Shown here: positions 1-12,863 of the stretch, piece after piece
How the letters are laid out: each line of letters begins with the position of its first letter
How positions within the stretch are numbered: the stretch's first letter is position 1
Source: Camelus dromedarius
Lineage: Eukaryota
Assembly (NCBI RefSeq): GCF_036321535.1
Contig: NC_087436.1
Span: forward strand, 31,250,001-31,314,000
DNA: 64,000 bases
Reading direction: 5' to 3'
The notes under the pieces: model-generated
Told to the model about the DNA's origin: nothing
The model's database searches: none
What the model saw: only the letters and a program-made list of their open reading frames with translations
Made by a program: the position numbers and the translations under genes

Positions 1-429
1 AATATGTTTTACACGAATATATTTCGGAACATAAAGTAGTAAGCTAGATCACGGTACTGACATGGAACATTTCTCCTCTGCTGTGCAGCCTTCCATGAAC
101 TGTGAGACCTTCTCTGTGCTCCTGCTGCAGAGCTATGATAGCACTTACCATGTTTTATACATGCACAGCATCCTCCTCCTCTCCTCGAATCCACACTCCA
201 CCCCTCCAGTCTGGTTTCTAGCCAAACGTGTCCACCAACTCTGGTACTGATAAGTATACAAATATCTTCAAATTCCTGAATATAAAGAATTCACATATTC
301 CATCCTTATCTTGCAAGCCCTCCCAGCTGGATTTCTGGATTTCCAAGCCCTCCAATCTCTTCTCTCTTATCACACTCTCTAGGTTTTCCCCAAACCACCC
401 TGACTTCTCTCTCCTTTATCCATTCCTCC

Positions 430-1012
430 TTTCCTAACAACATCTAAATACTGTCCCCCTCGGAATTCAGCTTTGGCTGTCTTCTCTCCTCACTCTGTCT
501 CCCTATGTATCTCATCAGTCTTCAGGATGTAAAAGGCCACGTATTATGTTGAGGCCACCAACAACTCTGTTGGCAAGATCAGGGATATCAATGGTGAACT
601 CTTGATTCCTTCCCCCAGAAATGTGTTCCTCCTCTAGGCTTCCCCTTCTATACAAGCTGCAACAGCATCTTTTCGTTGCTCATTTCAGAAATCCACACGT
701 TATTCTTCGTTCTTCAGTATTCCCTGCACTTTCTCCTCTTTACTCAATCATTTGATAACACCTGTAAATTCTATCTCCAAAGTATTTCTCTAATCTAATC
801 ATTCTCTATCTTCATTTCCACAATCATTCTGCTGCAAGACAAAACCATGTCTCACTAGGATTACTGCAATAGCCTTCCTTTTAATGTTTTTTTAAACAAC
901 TTTACTGAGTATACAAAAGACTGGATGTATTTAATATTTATAATTTTATCTCTCCGGTCCTACGTTTGAACCCCTGATATCCATTCTACACACTATGGTC
1001 AAGGTCATCCTA
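430..1012 (+). mobile_element. LINE-2 fragment, interrupted by a short minus-strand L1M 3'-end piece (~880-947)
   Basis: Pyrimidine-rich L2-type phrases (…ttctatctccaaagtatttctc…, …tctcactaggattactgcaatagccttcct…, …atccattctacacact…); boundaries approximate. Confidence 0.7.
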
Positions 1013-2370
1013 ATGCTTGCTTCTCATAAGATCAGCCCAGTGGAATTTTCCTACTGATGCCTTCACTAGTGAAGTAAGCATGACATTATACATTTTTCTT
1101 TTTTTCCCATTTTTCTTCTTGAAGTATCTGCATATTTCTAAATATTCATAAAACATTAGCAGTTTTCCTTGGAGGTCTTTAAAATACCAATGAAATTAGC
1201 AGCAATATTTCAAATTAAGCTTTCCTAAAGAGCCTTTGATTTAGCTTTAATAAGACAACTATTATTTTACCATCTAAAAATAAAATCCAATCATGGTTGC
1301 TAAGATATAATAATGTATTTCATTTATTTATATTGGATGACTTAACACAAAGGAAATAAAATGACATGTTTATTTTCCTCTAGTAAGTTCTAAATAACTT
1401 TTTAGTATTTAAGTGAAAGACACATTTAGAAATAAATATTCTTACAATATAAAATTCTTACTGAGAGATGCTCTTTTTCCTTCTGTTCTGAACACTCTTC
1501 ATATTTTTGATTATATGAAATCAATACATGTAAAAACTCATGTAATTAAGAGTAGCATTTGTCCATTATTATTTTGTTAAAAGACAGAAACAGTTGTTTT
1601 GGTTTCTGATGGGCCCTGACTCTATTTATGTAATGCTTATAAAAGACAAGGGTGATTCTGACTCAGCAGCGTACTGCTATGGGTATACGTAAAAGTCTGT
1701 CTCTAAGACTCTCCTCAAACACATGTACACCTGAATATGAAATATAAATGGATAAATCAAGGGGGAAAATCAATCATTCAAGTGATTTGACATTTCACAG
1801 AAACAAAATTGCAACTTTATTCTTTGACTGGATGTTTTATTGTTTGATACAAGAATTGTGTCTGGTCGACACTGTGAAATGGAAATAGTAACCTAAGGCA
1901 AGATTAAAAAAAATCATTTTATTTCCACACAATGGCTCTAAAAATGTAGTCTAATCAATTGCTGCTATGTATCATACATAGACATCATCTTCATCATGTA
2001 TTTACAAAGGAAAGTGTAAATTACCTAAAAACTTTCAAACAGTGTTTGCATATTTTTCACTTGACTTATCTGTGTTAATCACTCATATTTACTGAATTCA
2101 TCAAACATTTGCTCAGTTCTCCTGCTCTCTGTACACATCGTAACAAGTACAGAAAGTTATCCTGTAACTAATAATGGTTGTTCAGGGGTCACTTATTTGT
2201 CTATGTTAATTCAAGCAGCACAGTGTGACCTGCTGCTTTGTGGGAGTGACATAAGGCTTAGTCAAAATGTTGGCACCTTCTGGAGACCAGTGTAACTTTG
2301 AGGGAAAAAAGCTGAAAATTTACTTACTAACAGGTTCAGCAGGAAATCAAAGGATGGAATGAGGCATCCA

Positions 2371-2496
2371 TGACCATATAATGTATCATCCAAACCAAGA
2401 CATTTCTGAAAGGGAAAGAGGATTATTAGCAATTATGCCAAGACAACAGAAATAAAGTGAGACTTTCCACATAAAACAAGACGTAAGGTCACCCTA
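2371..2496. mobile_element. hAT-Blackjack MITE, MER94-like
   Basis: Begins tgaccatataatgtatcatccaaacc, ends ggtcacccta; matches recalled MER94 consensus and terminal inverted repeat. Confidence 0.75.
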
Positions 2497-2644
2497 GGAT
2501 AGTTTCACCCTAAGGAGGTAGAAAGTGAAGACCAGGATAAAAGTAAGTTATAAGAGGAATGACTATTTCTCAGTTGCTGTCAGGTAACAGGGACCTAAAT
2601 GATTGTCTCTGGAGATACATGTGACAGGAGGTGGCATTCCATGG

Positions 2645-2831
2645 TAAGGCTGCCAGATACAATACAGGACTCCAGTTGAATCTGAATTTCAGATAAACAA
2701 CAAATAACTTCTTAGTGTAGGTATGTCTCAAGCAATGGTTGGGACATAATTTATACTTTGAAAAATTCTCGTTTATCTGAAATTCATGTTTGTGGTTCTT
2801 GTATTTTTATTTGCTAAATCTGACAACCCTA
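2645..2831. mobile_element. hAT MITE MER53 (palindromic)
   Basis: Ends aggctgccagat…atttgctaaatctgacaaccct; internal inverted arms gaatttcagataaac / gtttatctgaaattc. Confidence 0.85.
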
Positions 2832-3519
2832 TTAAGGGCCCAAGGTCTGTGTTCCTGGATAACTACGTGGGCATGCAGAGATTACCAAGCAGGACTGGTG
2901 TAGTTCTAAACTCAAGATTCTTTTCTAAAACAGGTTTAATCATTTAATCAAGTGCTCAGTGCAAGGCTCGGAGTCTAGAAGCTGCTGGTCAAAATGTAGG
3001 TGTACAGTAGATGCCTGGGAAATGACAGGGTGACCCTCTCTCTGCTGATACCAGGATTACAGAGGAAAAGAACAGTCTGTCAGTGCACACAGAAGAAAAC
3101 CTCAAGAGAAGAGGGTCAAGGCAAAAGCAAGTACCAAGAAGGGTTATGTTCTGATGGGCAACATGGGTCAGAATTGAGTCCCCAATTTCATTCAAGCAGA
3201 AAGAGCCCAGAAAGCAGGTCCTAAGATGGGAACAGAGACAAAGCTCAAGACGAGAGGACAGGGATCTGTAAAATAGACAAGAAAGTTCTAGATTCAGGGG
3301 AAAAAAAATAGAGGCAAATTAGGAGTGACCAGGGAGGGAACAGGCAGGACAATATGATATCCTCTCTCAGGACTGAAATATCTATATTTGCTTATATCAG
3401 TCACTAAGTAGAAGAAGCACCAACCGTTCTGAATGACCTTATTTATCTTCCATCCCATATATTGTGGTTAGAATTTTTTTGCAAAAGAAATGGTCAAATT
3501 TAATGGTAATAATAATGTC

Positions 3520-3770
3520 AATTATAATAGTAGTAATAGCTAACTCGTATTGAACTCTTACTATTTATCAAAAATAAACTAAATATGTTCATGTATAACT
3601 GAAAAATTGTGCTCTACACTGGAATTTGACACAACATTGTAAAATGATTATAAATCAATAAAAAAAGTTAATATAATATAATAAGCTTTCCTCTTGGATT
3701 AATTTATTTAGTTATCACTTTATTTATATGTCACAACTATGATGTAAGTAATGTTGTTATCTTAATTTTG
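3520..3770 (-). mobile_element. MIR fragment split by a short young L1 3' end
   Basis: aatagctaactcgtattgaactcttacta… resumes after the insertion as …cacaactatgatgtaagtaatgttgttatcttaatttt. Confidence 0.55.
3583..3680 (+). mobile_element. Severely 5'-truncated young L1 (camelid-type 3' end)
   Basis: Near-identical to 22163-22238 (tcatgtataactgaaaaattgtgctctacactggaatttgacacaa…tataaatcaataaaaa); imperfect TSD aataaact (3573-3580) / aataagct (3680-3687). Confidence 0.85.
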
Positions 3771-3949
3771 CCTTACTATATTATATACCTTATTATATTA
3801 AGACTGTCTAGGTAGGTTCTTATACGAAGATAAAGATGAAAACTGCAAAAGGTGAACAAGAGCTACAGGATCCACTATGCGCTGCTCACGTCTCTGCCAA
3901 AGACTACCTGGAGGCCCACTAGCTAGGCTGGGATTTCTCCCATGCGTCA

Positions 3950-4810
3950 CTGCCTCCTAGCTAGACAAACTTGGGCAAGTTCCTTCATCTCTCTAAGTCT
4001 TAATTTCATTCTATATAGACGGCAATTGGGTAACAGAGCAATACTCTCTACAAGGCCTTCCCAGGGCAGACTACCCTACAACGTCCTCTGCCTGTCTCTT
4101 GTCTGTAGAAAAACTTCAGTTTTATCAAATAAATAAGAAAATACAGAAACAAAGAGAAGTAGTCAAGCAAAACAATGTAATAGTTTCATCATTAAACAAA
4201 ATCAAGGACCTTTAGTTCCTCCTTAAGGGCTGCAGATAATAATCTGAGCCATACCTTTCGAGCTATTTTGTTGATACTGAAACTCCCATCAGGTGGAATG
4301 ACCAGACAGTAGTCATGACATAAGCTGCCACTATTCCAAGAACTGGCCTCAAAGAAATGGGAATAAACCAACCCTGGAACTGAAGATTAACTGTACTTAA
4401 AAAAACCAAGATGATGCTGATCAGACCAGTGCATGACTAACTTCAAGATGACTATCAGAGCTGACTGTGCGGTTCCGCATGTAGCCCCCTCCCTCTGACC
4501 ATACACCCCTGAAACATCCCTTTATAAGCTCTTGCCCACTAATCAGCCGGGGGAGGGTGAACAGCTGACCTATGGACATGAGTCTGCCCTCTCCCCCAGT
4601 GGCCAGAATAAAGCACACTTTTCCTTTCTACCAACACTGGCCTCTTGAGTATTGGCTTTCAAGAGACAAGCAGCAGGACCTAAGTTTCAGTAACAATTGT
4701 AGGGACTTTCTTACATTGTTGAAAAAATGAAATGAGATAATATATAAAAAAGGCTTATCAGAATACCTGGTATACAATAAATATGCAATTAATAGCTAAT
4801 GTTATAATTT
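3950..4810 (+). mobile_element. MIR split into two parts (3950-4024 and 4700-4810) by an LTR insertion
   Basis: MIR core cttgggcaagttccttcatctctctaagtcttaatttc… before the LTR; MIR 3' part …aaatgagataatatataaaaaaggcttatcagaatacctgg… after it. Confidence 0.7.
4029..4695 (+). mobile_element. ERV1-class solo LTR (~667 bp)
   Basis: (g)gtaacag…cagtaaca termini; 4-bp TSD ATTG at 4025-4028 and 4696-4699; TATA-like TATAA at 4523, AATAAA at 4607-4612. Confidence 0.8.
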
Positions 4811-4906
4811 AGGAAAGACAGTTTGGAAGAGATGCAAAGGAAAAATAATTTGTTGCTACTGTAGTTTTTACATTGATTACTTTCTTAGTAGTGTTCCGTT
4901 TCAGTA

Positions 4907-5623
4907 CTGTATGAGATCTAATTTATGTGTCCCCAGAGATTTCCTCATTCCCACCTGCCATCCGTACCCTCCGATAGTTGCTCAGCACAAAGCCCTAGCT
5001 GTCACTACGTAAGGAGATGGACAATGGAGTAACAACAGCTGGGTTATGGCCTGAACTGTATCAGGTCAACCCTCCCACCCCTGCCCTTGGCAGGAAGCAG
5101 AGCAGCTGCAATGCCCAAGTCCTATCTGAATAAATCCAAGGAGGATTTATTTACTAGCACAATTTCTATGCTCAGTTGAAGAGTCGTAACACATGGCATT
5201 AAATCTCTCTGATTTCCCAAAGAGGATGGGAAACATAATTTCAAAGTGTAAGGGAATTAATGCCCTATAAGGTGAACTCTGACACTGAGAGACAAAGACA
5301 AGGAGGAGCCAGTAGATAAAGTCTTCAGCCTCCCTACCACACAACGAACTTACAAAAATTACACTAGTATCATAATATCTCTCCAGAGACATCGCGTGTG
5401 ACCAAGCGACTGGCTGTGTAGCGTTTTCCTGTAAAACAATATGGTCACCTAAGTTAGACACTAGCTTGTATTTGATCTTTCTCTATTTTACTTCTTTTTT
5501 CCCCTCACTCTTACTGCTCTGGGATTAAAAAGTCTAATTAATTAACTAGTTAGTTAATGAATTAATGTTTAACTCTGAATGCTTTGCCTCAGGCTATTTC
5601 ACTAGAAAATCCAGGCTAAGATA
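4907..5623 (+). mobile_element. ERVL-group 5' LTR (LTR40/LTR50-like)
   Basis: aagggaattaatgccctataagg…gagccagtagataaa core and 3' end ctttgcctcaggct…ccaggctaagata, immediately followed by a PBS; 5' boundary uncertain. Confidence 0.65.
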
Positions 5624-7311
5624 ATTGGTATCAAAAGTGGCCCTGCCAAGCTAATCCTCAAGGTGGGATTTTTTTAAATAGATAATCACACTGTCTCAAG
5701 ACTATCTGAGAGACTCTGCTGCTCGTATAAGTGAGTAATTTCATGAGAATGAGCGGTATCACAATTAATAAAGTTGCATGTGATTGATATGGGAGCAATA
5801 ATAATTGAGAGAATTGTGGTATAGGGCAGCTGCTCTTTATGGCTTGGGGGTTGTGGTAAAAGAAAATGACAGGTTCAGGACAGCTAATCGCCAGTTAAAG
5901 GAATATTATAAAAGCCAATAAGTTTCTATGAAGCTTCAGAGTAATTCTTGTCTTCTGTAGCTTCAGGGTGCAATGTGCAGGAAATCAAGCTTGGGATCTA
6001 ATTATAAAAGTGACATAGCTGCAGAGGAGACTAAAAGCATATTCTCAAAAATCTCCTCTGTCAAATTATTACAGGCTTTGAAGGAAAATAATGGGAGCCT
6101 ATGACCTGGGATGGGAACTTTTGGGTAGAGGATTCTGAGAATCTTGAACCTCAACTCTCACTCTCCCGGCCAAAAGAAGTTGCTCCTTTCAACGCTTCCT
6201 GGAGGAAAACTGCTTCCCTTGCCTGGACCCTCAGAGTTGATCATTACACTTTGCTAAGATGGCTTCCTCATGCCTGGACTTGAAAATATCTGACTTGAAC
6301 AAGTTGGGAATTCTGGAATTTCTTTAACATAGTTGTAAAGAAAGGATCAAAGGCACAGGGAAGGAAGATTGTTAGAATGGATACATTATGTAAGATCTGA
6401 AAATAAACCATTAGACTATATTCTCCAGGAAGATCCAGAAGACCCAGGAGACATTTCCTTTATTAAGGTAACAAGGAATTCACAGGGAAGCACTGGCATC
6501 TTCGGTAGTAGATGATCTATGCAGGCTGGTAGGAAGTGGGAAACACTGACATTAATGTGAGCCCCCTAAAATCAATGATAATGTTAAGATTCCTAAGTGT
6601 TAGTGCTGGCAGAACTTAGCCACTTGAGGCAATGTGAACATAATTATCAAATTGGCATTAAGGCGAGAGTAGTAATCAGAGTATCTTGACCCAAGTTATC
6701 TGTAGTAACAGCTAATATATCATGTTGCTCCAGGGGGAAGATAGCTTGACAGCTTAATGGGTGTTACTTAATTTATGGGGGCATAAAAATTAAGAGCTGA
6801 TGATCACAGGACTTGCAGAAACTACCACAACTGACAATTTTAGTCCCACAACCAGTTCCGGATCTAAGTCACTTTACAGATTCAGAATTCACTGATTAAA
6901 GGGAAGGTCCATTCCATTTGAGAAACACCCCTGCTATGTAATTGCAAGTGTATAATGTTTTCATTTGCCATAACAGTGAACTGGAGAAGAGAGGATATCC
7001 ATGTTACAAAGTATGTTAAATACATTCTGAGGTCTGAGATGACATTAATGCCAGAAGATCCAAACTGCTACTGTCTTTGGTATAGAATGAGAGCTTATGA
7101 AGGCCAGGTGAAAATTTGAGTTTTGGTCCAAATCTGACTCACAAAGAACAGGATGGACACATAAACACATCCTGAAATTATTTCCCAGTCACTGAATATG
7201 TATTTGAGATAGATACACTTAGAAGCAGGCTGAACCCACACTGGTTTTGTATTCATATTTGTAGATCAGAGTTCATTATATTAGGAAGAATTAAATAGAA
7301 ATCCCTGAATG

Positions 7312-7350
<39 letters not shown>

Positions 7351-8090
7351 AGCCAAGGTAGTAATTTAGAAATGATACCTCAAATAGAAAAGAATTGCAG
7401 AATTCAATGCCATCATCAAAGGCTTTAGGATACAGGGTGATGGCACCCATTATAGAACTGTTTAGTTAATCTTTTAGAATTCCTACAAAGAAAAAGGATT
7501 AATCTTAGTAAAGAATGATAGACTATTTAAGATATGCTTAACTAATTGATGGCCCCAATCATAACTGCTTTGCCAGATGTGGATTTTTTGGAGCACATCA
7601 ACAAGACATCTGACATCTAGTATGGTGACACTAATGTGCACAATGTCTTTTTCCTGACACATAGCATCAGGGAGGATTAGAATAAATTTGCATTTACATG
7701 GCAAGGATAGCAGTACACATTCACAGAAATGCCTTAGGGCTATGCTAACTTTTCGGTTCTTTGTCATAATATAGTCTGCAGGAATGTTGTCTATTAATTC
7801 CACACACTATGCCCACTCTGTTGACATCATGCCAATAGTACACATGCATGCTGAATAAGACACATGCATGCTGAAGGGTAGAGCCCAAGATGAGACTAGT
7901 GTTCTAGCCTCTCTCTCAGTTAATACCCTTGGCAGGAACTGGTCATGATCCTGGATCTCTGAGTGCAGGGAGGAGGGAGTAAAGTGCATGCATAGATGTA
8001 TGGGGTAAAACAACGTGTCTTCCTGTATTTTGGGGGGAGGTATGTTTTACAGTTAAGTCTGGTTATTCATGAAGCTAAGCCTGGATCAGG
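5624..8090 (+). mobile_element. Degenerate ERVL internal region: tRNA-Leu-type PBS, gag, protease and RT remnants
   Basis: PBS tggtatcaaaagtgg 5626-5640; gag-like TWDGNFW at 6104; protease remnant LQSMLNT..GSEMTLMPEDP ~7004-7062; RT FAFTWQG*QYTFTEMP*GYANFSVLCHNIV 7687-7776; many stops and frameshifts; 3' boundary uncertain. Confidence 0.85.
7314..7349. repeat. (AC)18 microsatellite
   Basis: Direct reading. Confidence 0.95.
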
Positions 8091-8094
8091 TTAC

Positions 8095-8552
8095 ACATCA
8101 GTCAGAATCCCAACAGTAAAGATGTGGTATATTCAAAGTAGGGTAATTCAAAAAAGGTTTAATAAAGGGCATGGTTTAGGAAAACCAAAAGAGATACTGC
8201 AATACCATTGTCCTCTTACCTCTTATTAGGTTTCAGGAGAAAAGGGCATAGGATGATTACTAGAAACCAGAAAGAGAAACTTTGTGGTGAGGTACATTTT
8301 GTGTAGAACTGTGACCTTTAAGGCATGTAATTAGGATGCTAGATAGAGAGGGAGCAATAATAGTAAAATTATAGCCTTGCTCTCCACCTCCCCTTGATCT
8401 TCCCCAATGACTACCCATTGGCTCAATCTAATCAAGATCAGAGGGCAAAGAAGCCTGTTAATGAACTTCACACAAGTCAGCCTTCCAAGACTGGAATATA
8501 GAAGAGAAATGTGAAAAGTAGATTTTCAAGGGCAACATGAAGATATTCAGCA
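8095..8552 (-). mobile_element. ERVL LTR, LTR33-like
   Basis: tcagtcagaatcccaacag…ggtttaataaaggg…cccattggctcaatctaatcaagatcagagggcaaagaagcc…gatattcagca resembles the reverse complement of LTR33. Confidence 0.65.
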
Positions 8553-8686
8553 TAGGCTGAATTTCATAGTGTTTTACATTTCTTTGAGCTGGTTTATGTC
8601 CCCCAAGATAAAATTTCTTCCTAAATGCCGATGGAAAAAATATAGAGACTTTATTTGTGTGGAATAAAGTATATAAAAAGGGAGTG

Positions 8687-10295
8687 CTCTTGAATATACA
8701 TTGCTAGGTAGAAGAAGCCAGTCTGAAAAGGCTACATACTACATGACCCAATTTATATGACATTATGGGAAACAAAATTTATAGGAATGGCAAACAGAAC
8801 AGGAGTTGGGGAAAGAGGAAGACTGAGTAAGTGAAGCACATGGGAGTTGCGGAGGCAATAAAACTATTCAGTATGGTACTGTGATACTGGTTATATGATA
8901 CTATGCATTTGTCAAAACCCATTAAAATTTACAGCACAAGGAGTAAAATGTAATGTATAAAACATAGGCAAACTCATTTAGGAGTACCTCGTATTCCAGG
9001 ATGGACTATGACAAAAAGGATCTAATCCTATCAAAAGTGTATGAAATAATCTCACTAAAGAGGCTGAGGAGAAAACATGCTCACTCTGTAACTTTGCAAA
9101 AGCATAGAAATCACAAGAAAAAAGGCAGAAGGAGTATATATAAGCACTGTAATCTGGCTAACAAAGTTGTTTCCATGGGGGTATGGGTTAGCAATGCTGA
9201 AACCACTATACAGGAATCGGAAAAGTTAGTAAATAGATGGCAGAAGGTAAGGTCATGTTTCTCACTTTGGATTAGATTATCTTCAGCAAGGAAAGAAGGT
9301 TTGAAGCAACAATAAGCACACCTAGCACAAAAAAACTTGGTTTATGAGAGTATTCTCCAGTAAAAGGAACCAGGGCTCCTTGGAGCTCCAGGACTGGGGC
9401 AAGAAATACGTTAAGATGAGTTGGAACTTCTTGTAGTGCCAAAATTAAGGAAGTATTCAATAAAAAACATCATGTTAGAGATATGTCAAATGGACATGAA
9501 AGGCAATCGGAAGAGGTCCCAGTCTCTAAAGATGAAATAATTTGGGCAACATATTAAAATAGGATTGGATTATAACTTAAAATGTACTATAAATACCCAT
9601 GAGTCTATACTCATATTAATAAATTACTAAATAAATACATGGAGGAAAATAGATAAATCTTCCATCTAGAAAAATCCCAAATAATTCATGTGGCTAATTC
9701 ATGCTCAAAGAGGAGAAGCATAACAAGTTCTTAAGAGTGCACTGCACATAGTGATTTTCTCTCCACACGCTTTGAAACTTAAGTGTTCAAGATCACAAAG
9801 GGCAACAGTGATAAGTTATGCAGAGAGCATGCAGCCTTTTTATGATGTGATGAAAATAGCACTTTAGCTCTGTGGTCTTCCTACCAAAAATGTATAACCC
9901 TAGTTTAAACATGAGAAAATAACAGACACATCGCAATCGAGACATTCTGCAAAATAGTTGGACCACACTGTCAAGACTATTAAAAAGAAAAAAAAAAAAA
10001 GTATGAGAAACTGTCTCAGCCAAGAGGAACCTAAAGAGATGATAATTAAGTGTAATGTGGGATCCTGGAACTAAAAAAGAACATTAGGTAAAAACTAAGA
10101 AAATTTGAATAAAGTATGGACTTTAATTAATAGTAATATATCAATATTGGTTCATTAACTGTGACAAGTGTGCCATACTAATCTAAGATCTTAATAATAA
10201 GGGAAATCTGGCACAGGGTATGTGGAACTCTGTACAGTCTTCACAACTTTTCTATAAATTTAAAACTTTTCTAAAATCAAAAGTTTATTTAAAAG
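8687..10295 (+). mobile_element. Old L1 3' UTR, L1MC3-like
   Basis: agaagccagtctgaaaaggctacatact…tatgcatttgtcaaaaccca…ggaactctgtacagtcttcacaacttttctataaatttaaaac…aaaagtttatttaaaa. Confidence 0.8.
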
Positions 10296-11083
10296 AAAAG
10301 GCATTATTCATGAATCTTAGTCATAAAATATCCTTTTTGTTAAAACTTTACAATCTGTCATCCTATGTCAGCATTAAAACTAATGGTATTAAAACTTTGG
10401 AACGTATTTGTCATGCTGCACCACACATATACTGGCTTAAAGCCATCTTGAAATAATCCTTCCAGAGCATCACTACCCATCTTTTGAAGCTTTCAGGACA
10501 TAAATCCTATGTTATTAACTGCTTGGCTCTGATCATAAATTGTTTTAAACAAACAAACAAACAAAAAAGACAAAGTCTGTATTTAAAACTTACAAGCAAT
10601 TGTTGTCACCCTAGTAACTCCTGGATAGTTTGCCACCCCCAGAAGGCTAATAAGGTAGTAAGCAGAATACCAGAGTCTTCTTTCTCTTTATTCTATTTAG
10701 ACTGAAGGTGATGGCTTTATCACTGAGGCTCTGACCATTTATAACTCTATCACAATCATCAGGGGCACCTATATCATATCAGTATAGCTCTGCAGTGATG
10801 GGTCTACTAAGAGTTTTGTGGTAAGTCTTTATTCACTTATTAGACAAATATTTCTTCAGGGTCTGTATTAATTATAGCTTGCTGGGCTGTGAAGAAAAGA
10901 AAGATATCATCCCAGCTTTCACAGAGCTCACTTCCAGTTGAGAAGACATATATGCATAACTGGATTATTAAGTCTAAATTCAGTAGATGTAAAAAACTGG
11001 TTTCAAGGAATGCCTTTATTCAAACATGTTCTATTTACATGTCCCTTTTGGTGATCAGAAATTCTTAAATCAAAATTCACATT

Positions 11084-11645
11084 TGTGCAGCAAAAAATAT
11101 AACCTTACCCAAAGAGAGGTCGTGCCTTTGCCTCATCTGAGAGGTGTAGGAAGAATATCTGGGTATACATGGGGACCCTGGCCACCAGGTCACCTAACAA
11201 TGTGACTTATGATGAGGGCTTTGGGCCACACAGAAGGGATGGAGATTATAGTCAGCCACCTGGACAGTCAACCATGGAGCCCCAGGTAAAATTCTCAACA
11301 AGGCTCAGGTGAGCTTTCCTGGTTGGCAGTACTCCACAGGTACTGACACACATCGATGCTAAGTAAGTAACAATGTCACGACTCCAAGGGGTGAGGACAG
11401 CAGAATCTCTACTTTTGGTACTTTTCCTCTTCCTGATACACTTGTTCTCTTGGCTGGTTCTAATCTGTATTCTTTACCTTGGAAAAACTGTAACCCTGAC
11501 TATAACATCTTTCAGTGAGTTCTGAGTCCTTCTAACAAATTTTGAAACAGAGAATGGTTTGGATAAACCCTCAGATTTAAAACTGGTGACAGAAGTGTGA
11601 GGTCTTATTTGCACTGTGCCTCCTAAATTCACAGTGGGCTAACTT
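11084..11645 (+). mobile_element. ERV LTR, MER77/MER21-group
   Basis: tgtgcagcaaaaaatataaccttacccaaagagaggtc…aaggctcaggtgagctttcctggttggcagtactcc…cagtgagttctgagtccttcta. Confidence 0.75.
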
Positions 11646-12376
11646 CATGGTATGCGATACAAAACACTTGGCCTACCATCCTACCACTGGGACAGGCCTG
11701 ACTTTGGCTAGGGACCTATCCTGCAGGCAGAGGGTGTTTTCTTACTCCTTGTCTTCATGGTGCTTCTGGCTCATTTCATTTGTAAGAGTAAAAATAGGAA
11801 AGAAAACAAATGTTTTATGTGATACTATTATAATCTACTCTTGTGTGGCAGGAATCCTGTATAACAGGCATTTTGAGATGCACAAGTGTAGGCTGAGTGA
11901 CCCCAGGAGGATCTGTCCCCTAACAGTACATCACATCATCTCGTACTGACTGGATCCCCTTATTCTATCAGTGTACTGCCTGGATAAGGGTGCCTTCAAG
12001 ACAGCTCTTGAGCTTGGTTCTTTTCTACAGTGTCTCCACAGCCATAGTCACCTCATGCATACTTGCCACCACCGAACAAAGGGAAATTCACATTGTAACA
12101 CTGATGCCCTGTCAGCTCCTCTTGCCATAGGAGGCTGCTCCAGGCAACATCCTGCCTTCAGAGTGCTCCAGGAAAGCAGTTGGCATTGGTCTTTTGTTCA
12201 TCGATGGCCCTAATCTTGAGAAACCATGTGACATCCTTGCACAAGAACTCTTTCACTGTGCTTCACTCTGTTACTTTCAGGGTGAGCTTACAAGTGAAGC
12301 TCAGCAAACATTTAGGCAATGAATAAAATATCAGTCTTCCATGCTTGCAGGTACATTCAGACTCATGATACTCCTT

Positions 12377-12863
12377 GGTATTAATCAGGGTTCTCCAGAG
12401 AAGTATAACCAACAGATGATGAATATATAAATACATACATATTTATGTATGTATAGATGGATTTTAAGTAATTGCCACATGTGATTATGGAGACTGGTAA
12501 ATCCAAAATCTGCAGGGTGGGCTGGCAGACTGGAGACCAAGGAACACTGTTGCTGTAGTTTTAGTCTAAAAGCCAACAGGCTAGAGACTCAGGAGAGCCA
12601 ATGCTGCAGTTCACACTTGAAAATTGTTTGATGGCAGAATTCCCTCTTGCTTGAGGAAGGTCAGTCTATTCTTCTACTTATGCCTTCAACTGATTTGATG
12701 AGGCCCACCCACAGTATAGAGGACCATCTGCATTACTTAAAATCCACCCATCTAAATGTTAATCTCATCCAAAAACAATCTCACAAAAACATTGAGAATA
12801 ATGTTTGATCACATATCTGGGCACAGTGGTCAGTCCAGTTGACACATAAACTCAACCATCACA
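12377..12863 (-). mobile_element. ERVL LTR, MLT2B-like solo LTR
   Basis: gtattaatcagggttctccagaga…ccttcaactgatttgatgaggcccaccca…gttgacacataaactcaaccatcaca. Confidence 0.85.

Noticed and set aside
11741..11779. Minus-strand donor GGA|GTAAGA with short ATG frame MSQKHHEDK
   Set aside because: Weak donor, an upstream ATG-AAA-TGA overlaps it, and there is no promoter or acceptor support
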